Below the pieces are notes generated by a model, which ran no database searches, had not been told where the DNA came from, and worked only from the letters and a program-made list of their open reading frames with translations. From Trichosphaerium sp. ATCC 40318 (Eukaryota; Protista; Tubulinea): a stretch of 64,000 nucleotides of DNA. The translations under genes were made by a program, and so were the position numbers. Position 1 is the stretch's first letter. The number at the start of each line of letters is the position of its first letter. Below, in pieces: positions 62,364 to 64,000 of the stretch. The stretch covers positions 18,972 to 82,971 of the forward strand of contig JALMLS010000500.1 in the NCBI GenBank assembly GCA_038496445.1. The letters run 5' to 3'.

Positions 62364-64000
62364 TTACATGAACTTTGCGCTCTTTAAAATGTACATGATG
62401 CGTTCCCGACGAATCTTTAGTCCTTGTTGAGATAACAAACCTTTTAAACATCTCAAAGAATCCAATTCTCGCATAAGCACAGTGATTAATGCAGGGCTAC
62501 TTCTATGATCTAAATAATAAATTAACAAAAAAAGCAAGAAAGAAAAAACAAAACAACAGTCTACTGCGCACTTAGTTTTTCAAACTTTTAAAAAATATGT
62601 TGTCTGTAGGTTCGCTAAAAAGTTTTTTGAAAGAAAAATGATAAAACAGTTTTTGCTGAACTGTTCTCGAAGAGAATTTTTACAAAACTTTCTTTTTTGT
62701 AAGTGACCTGCAATTTGATATCATTAACAATTACGTACGTAAAAATAGGACAAGTGCCCACAATGCTGTCTCTACAAAGCTACTACCATTCTCACTCTCT
62801 TCAGATGACTTTTCCTTCTTTTTAGCGGCTTCAGAACGCTTATATTCCTCAAACCGAGTAATACTTTTTAAACCTCTCAAAAATACTTTTTTGATAAGAT
62901 CCTCAGTCACTAAAAAAAAAAATCGTATTAACTTCTTTGAACCCTTACAAAGAGACAATAAAAAGAACATACTGAAATGTGTAATATTGCCAAAGAATGC
63001 CATTAAATCTGTCAATATTGTAAACTCCAAAGGGTAACGATCAAACCCACTAAGGAGGAGTTCTGGAACATCATTTTCTTTTAAAACATCCCAGGATGAT
63101 TCTATAATTAAGTTCGTTAGTTTTTTTTTTTTGAAGAATTTTCAAATGAAGGTCTCAAAAAATCACGTGCCATAGCTTGCAATATTTCTTAAAAGAGCTA
63201 CATCTTGTTGCCAGTATATCTTATTACCTTCGTCAACCTTCAAATAGCCAACAAGAATAGAAACAATATTTGTCTTCATCATTTCGTTAAAACAATGAAC
63301 TAAAGCAAAAAACTATTAACACAAAATAATATTCGATCTATACTTACCATCAAGTGCAATATTTATCAGAGCACCGTGCATATCAGAATGATAAGGTTCT
63401 ATTTATGATTAGGTTAGCTTCATATTAACCATCGATAAAAAACTGGTTCACATCCAACAAAAGCGTTGGAAATATCCGCAAAAATCATGGTACCAGCTAG
63501 AGGAATAAAATTTTTTGTTCGTAAGTACCTCTGAATTTGTCAATAGAGTTTACAACCAAAGAAATGGCATCAAGTTCAAGAAGTCTTCCCCAAATCTCGG
63601 CATGATATGTGAAATCTCTTAACAACATACCAATCTCACGATGCACGTCTGGCTTATCTGGAAAACTTCTAAGACCAGCTACAACGTGTTCTATTAACCC
63701 ACGTTCAACAAAAACCTGAGAAAGTTGTTCTAAGCAGAAATAAGTAAACCAAAAGCGTGTAAACAAAAAAAAACACTTTGCTATGAATACACAACAAAAA
63801 GATGACTAAATCACTAGTGAGATCCACATTGCGATTCAAGAATAACTTGGGAAAGGGTACAGTGCACTTGGTGCATAGGTACGAAGGGAGAAGGTAATTA
63901 ATCGTACCATCTCTGTAACACAAATTCATCAATGCAAAACAAGCATTTAGGAAAAAGTCACTATGTTTTTGAGCTTTGAGTTGCTCAAATACCAAATCTG
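62364..64000 (-). CDS. Armadillo-repeat-like helical protein, 5'-partial
   Basis: NACFALMNL, GLIEHVVAGL..F, LELDAISLVVNSI, MHGALINI and VETALWALVLF. The last exon ends ...SAKFM*. Confidence 0.6.

Noticed and set aside
1-64000. Alternative genetic code (TAA/TAG reassigned) as the cause of fragmented ORFs
   Set aside because: Introns explain the fragmentation. VPS29, Ran, cofilin, MoaC, MO25 and POLA1 end at TAA or TAG at the expected positions.
1-64000. CRISPR arrays, tRNAs, rRNAs, transposases
   Set aside because: None seen. GTTCRA-like hits lack cloverleaf context, and the inverted repeats are gene duplicates rather than transposon ends.

Overview
This window is compact, AT-rich (roughly 35-38% GC by eye) nuclear DNA from an intron-rich microbial eukaryote. 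It is not prokaryotic. An amoebozoan-like protist is my inference from gene content. It holds about 28 protein-coding genes split by many short (mostly 40-60 nt) spliceosomal introns, so the ORF track shows only fragments; I joined exons by hand. Recognisable genes: PYROXD2, an F-box/MORN protein, APC4, a DEP-DEP-RapGAP, VPS29, a mitochondrial carrier, an RBD-filamin-SH3-ankyrin protein, a GT92-like glycosyltransferase, a membrane-anchored catalytic-only E2 acyltransferase, a TBC1D15-like RabGAP, DNA polymerase alpha, BTB and F-box proteins, TPRA1, MoaC, an NT5DC nucleotidase, a Clu-TPR protein, a frameshifted F-box/LRR pseudogene, two inverted cofilin copies, a RhoGAP, a divergent Ran, WW and CCCH proteins, MO25, a Knl1/Zwint-like RWD protein and an ARM-repeat gene. 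The most notable observations are: (1) a Pol alpha C-terminal domain that has lost all eight metal-binding cysteines; (2) an unassigned, strongly structured ~255-nt ncRNA candidate near 61.0-61.3 kb; (3) two U12-type GTATCCTT introns, plus GC-AG introns and microexons; (4) a recent ~750-bp inverted duplication bracketing ~13 kb; (5) excess TCACGTGA palindromes in non-coding DNA. No database searches were run.
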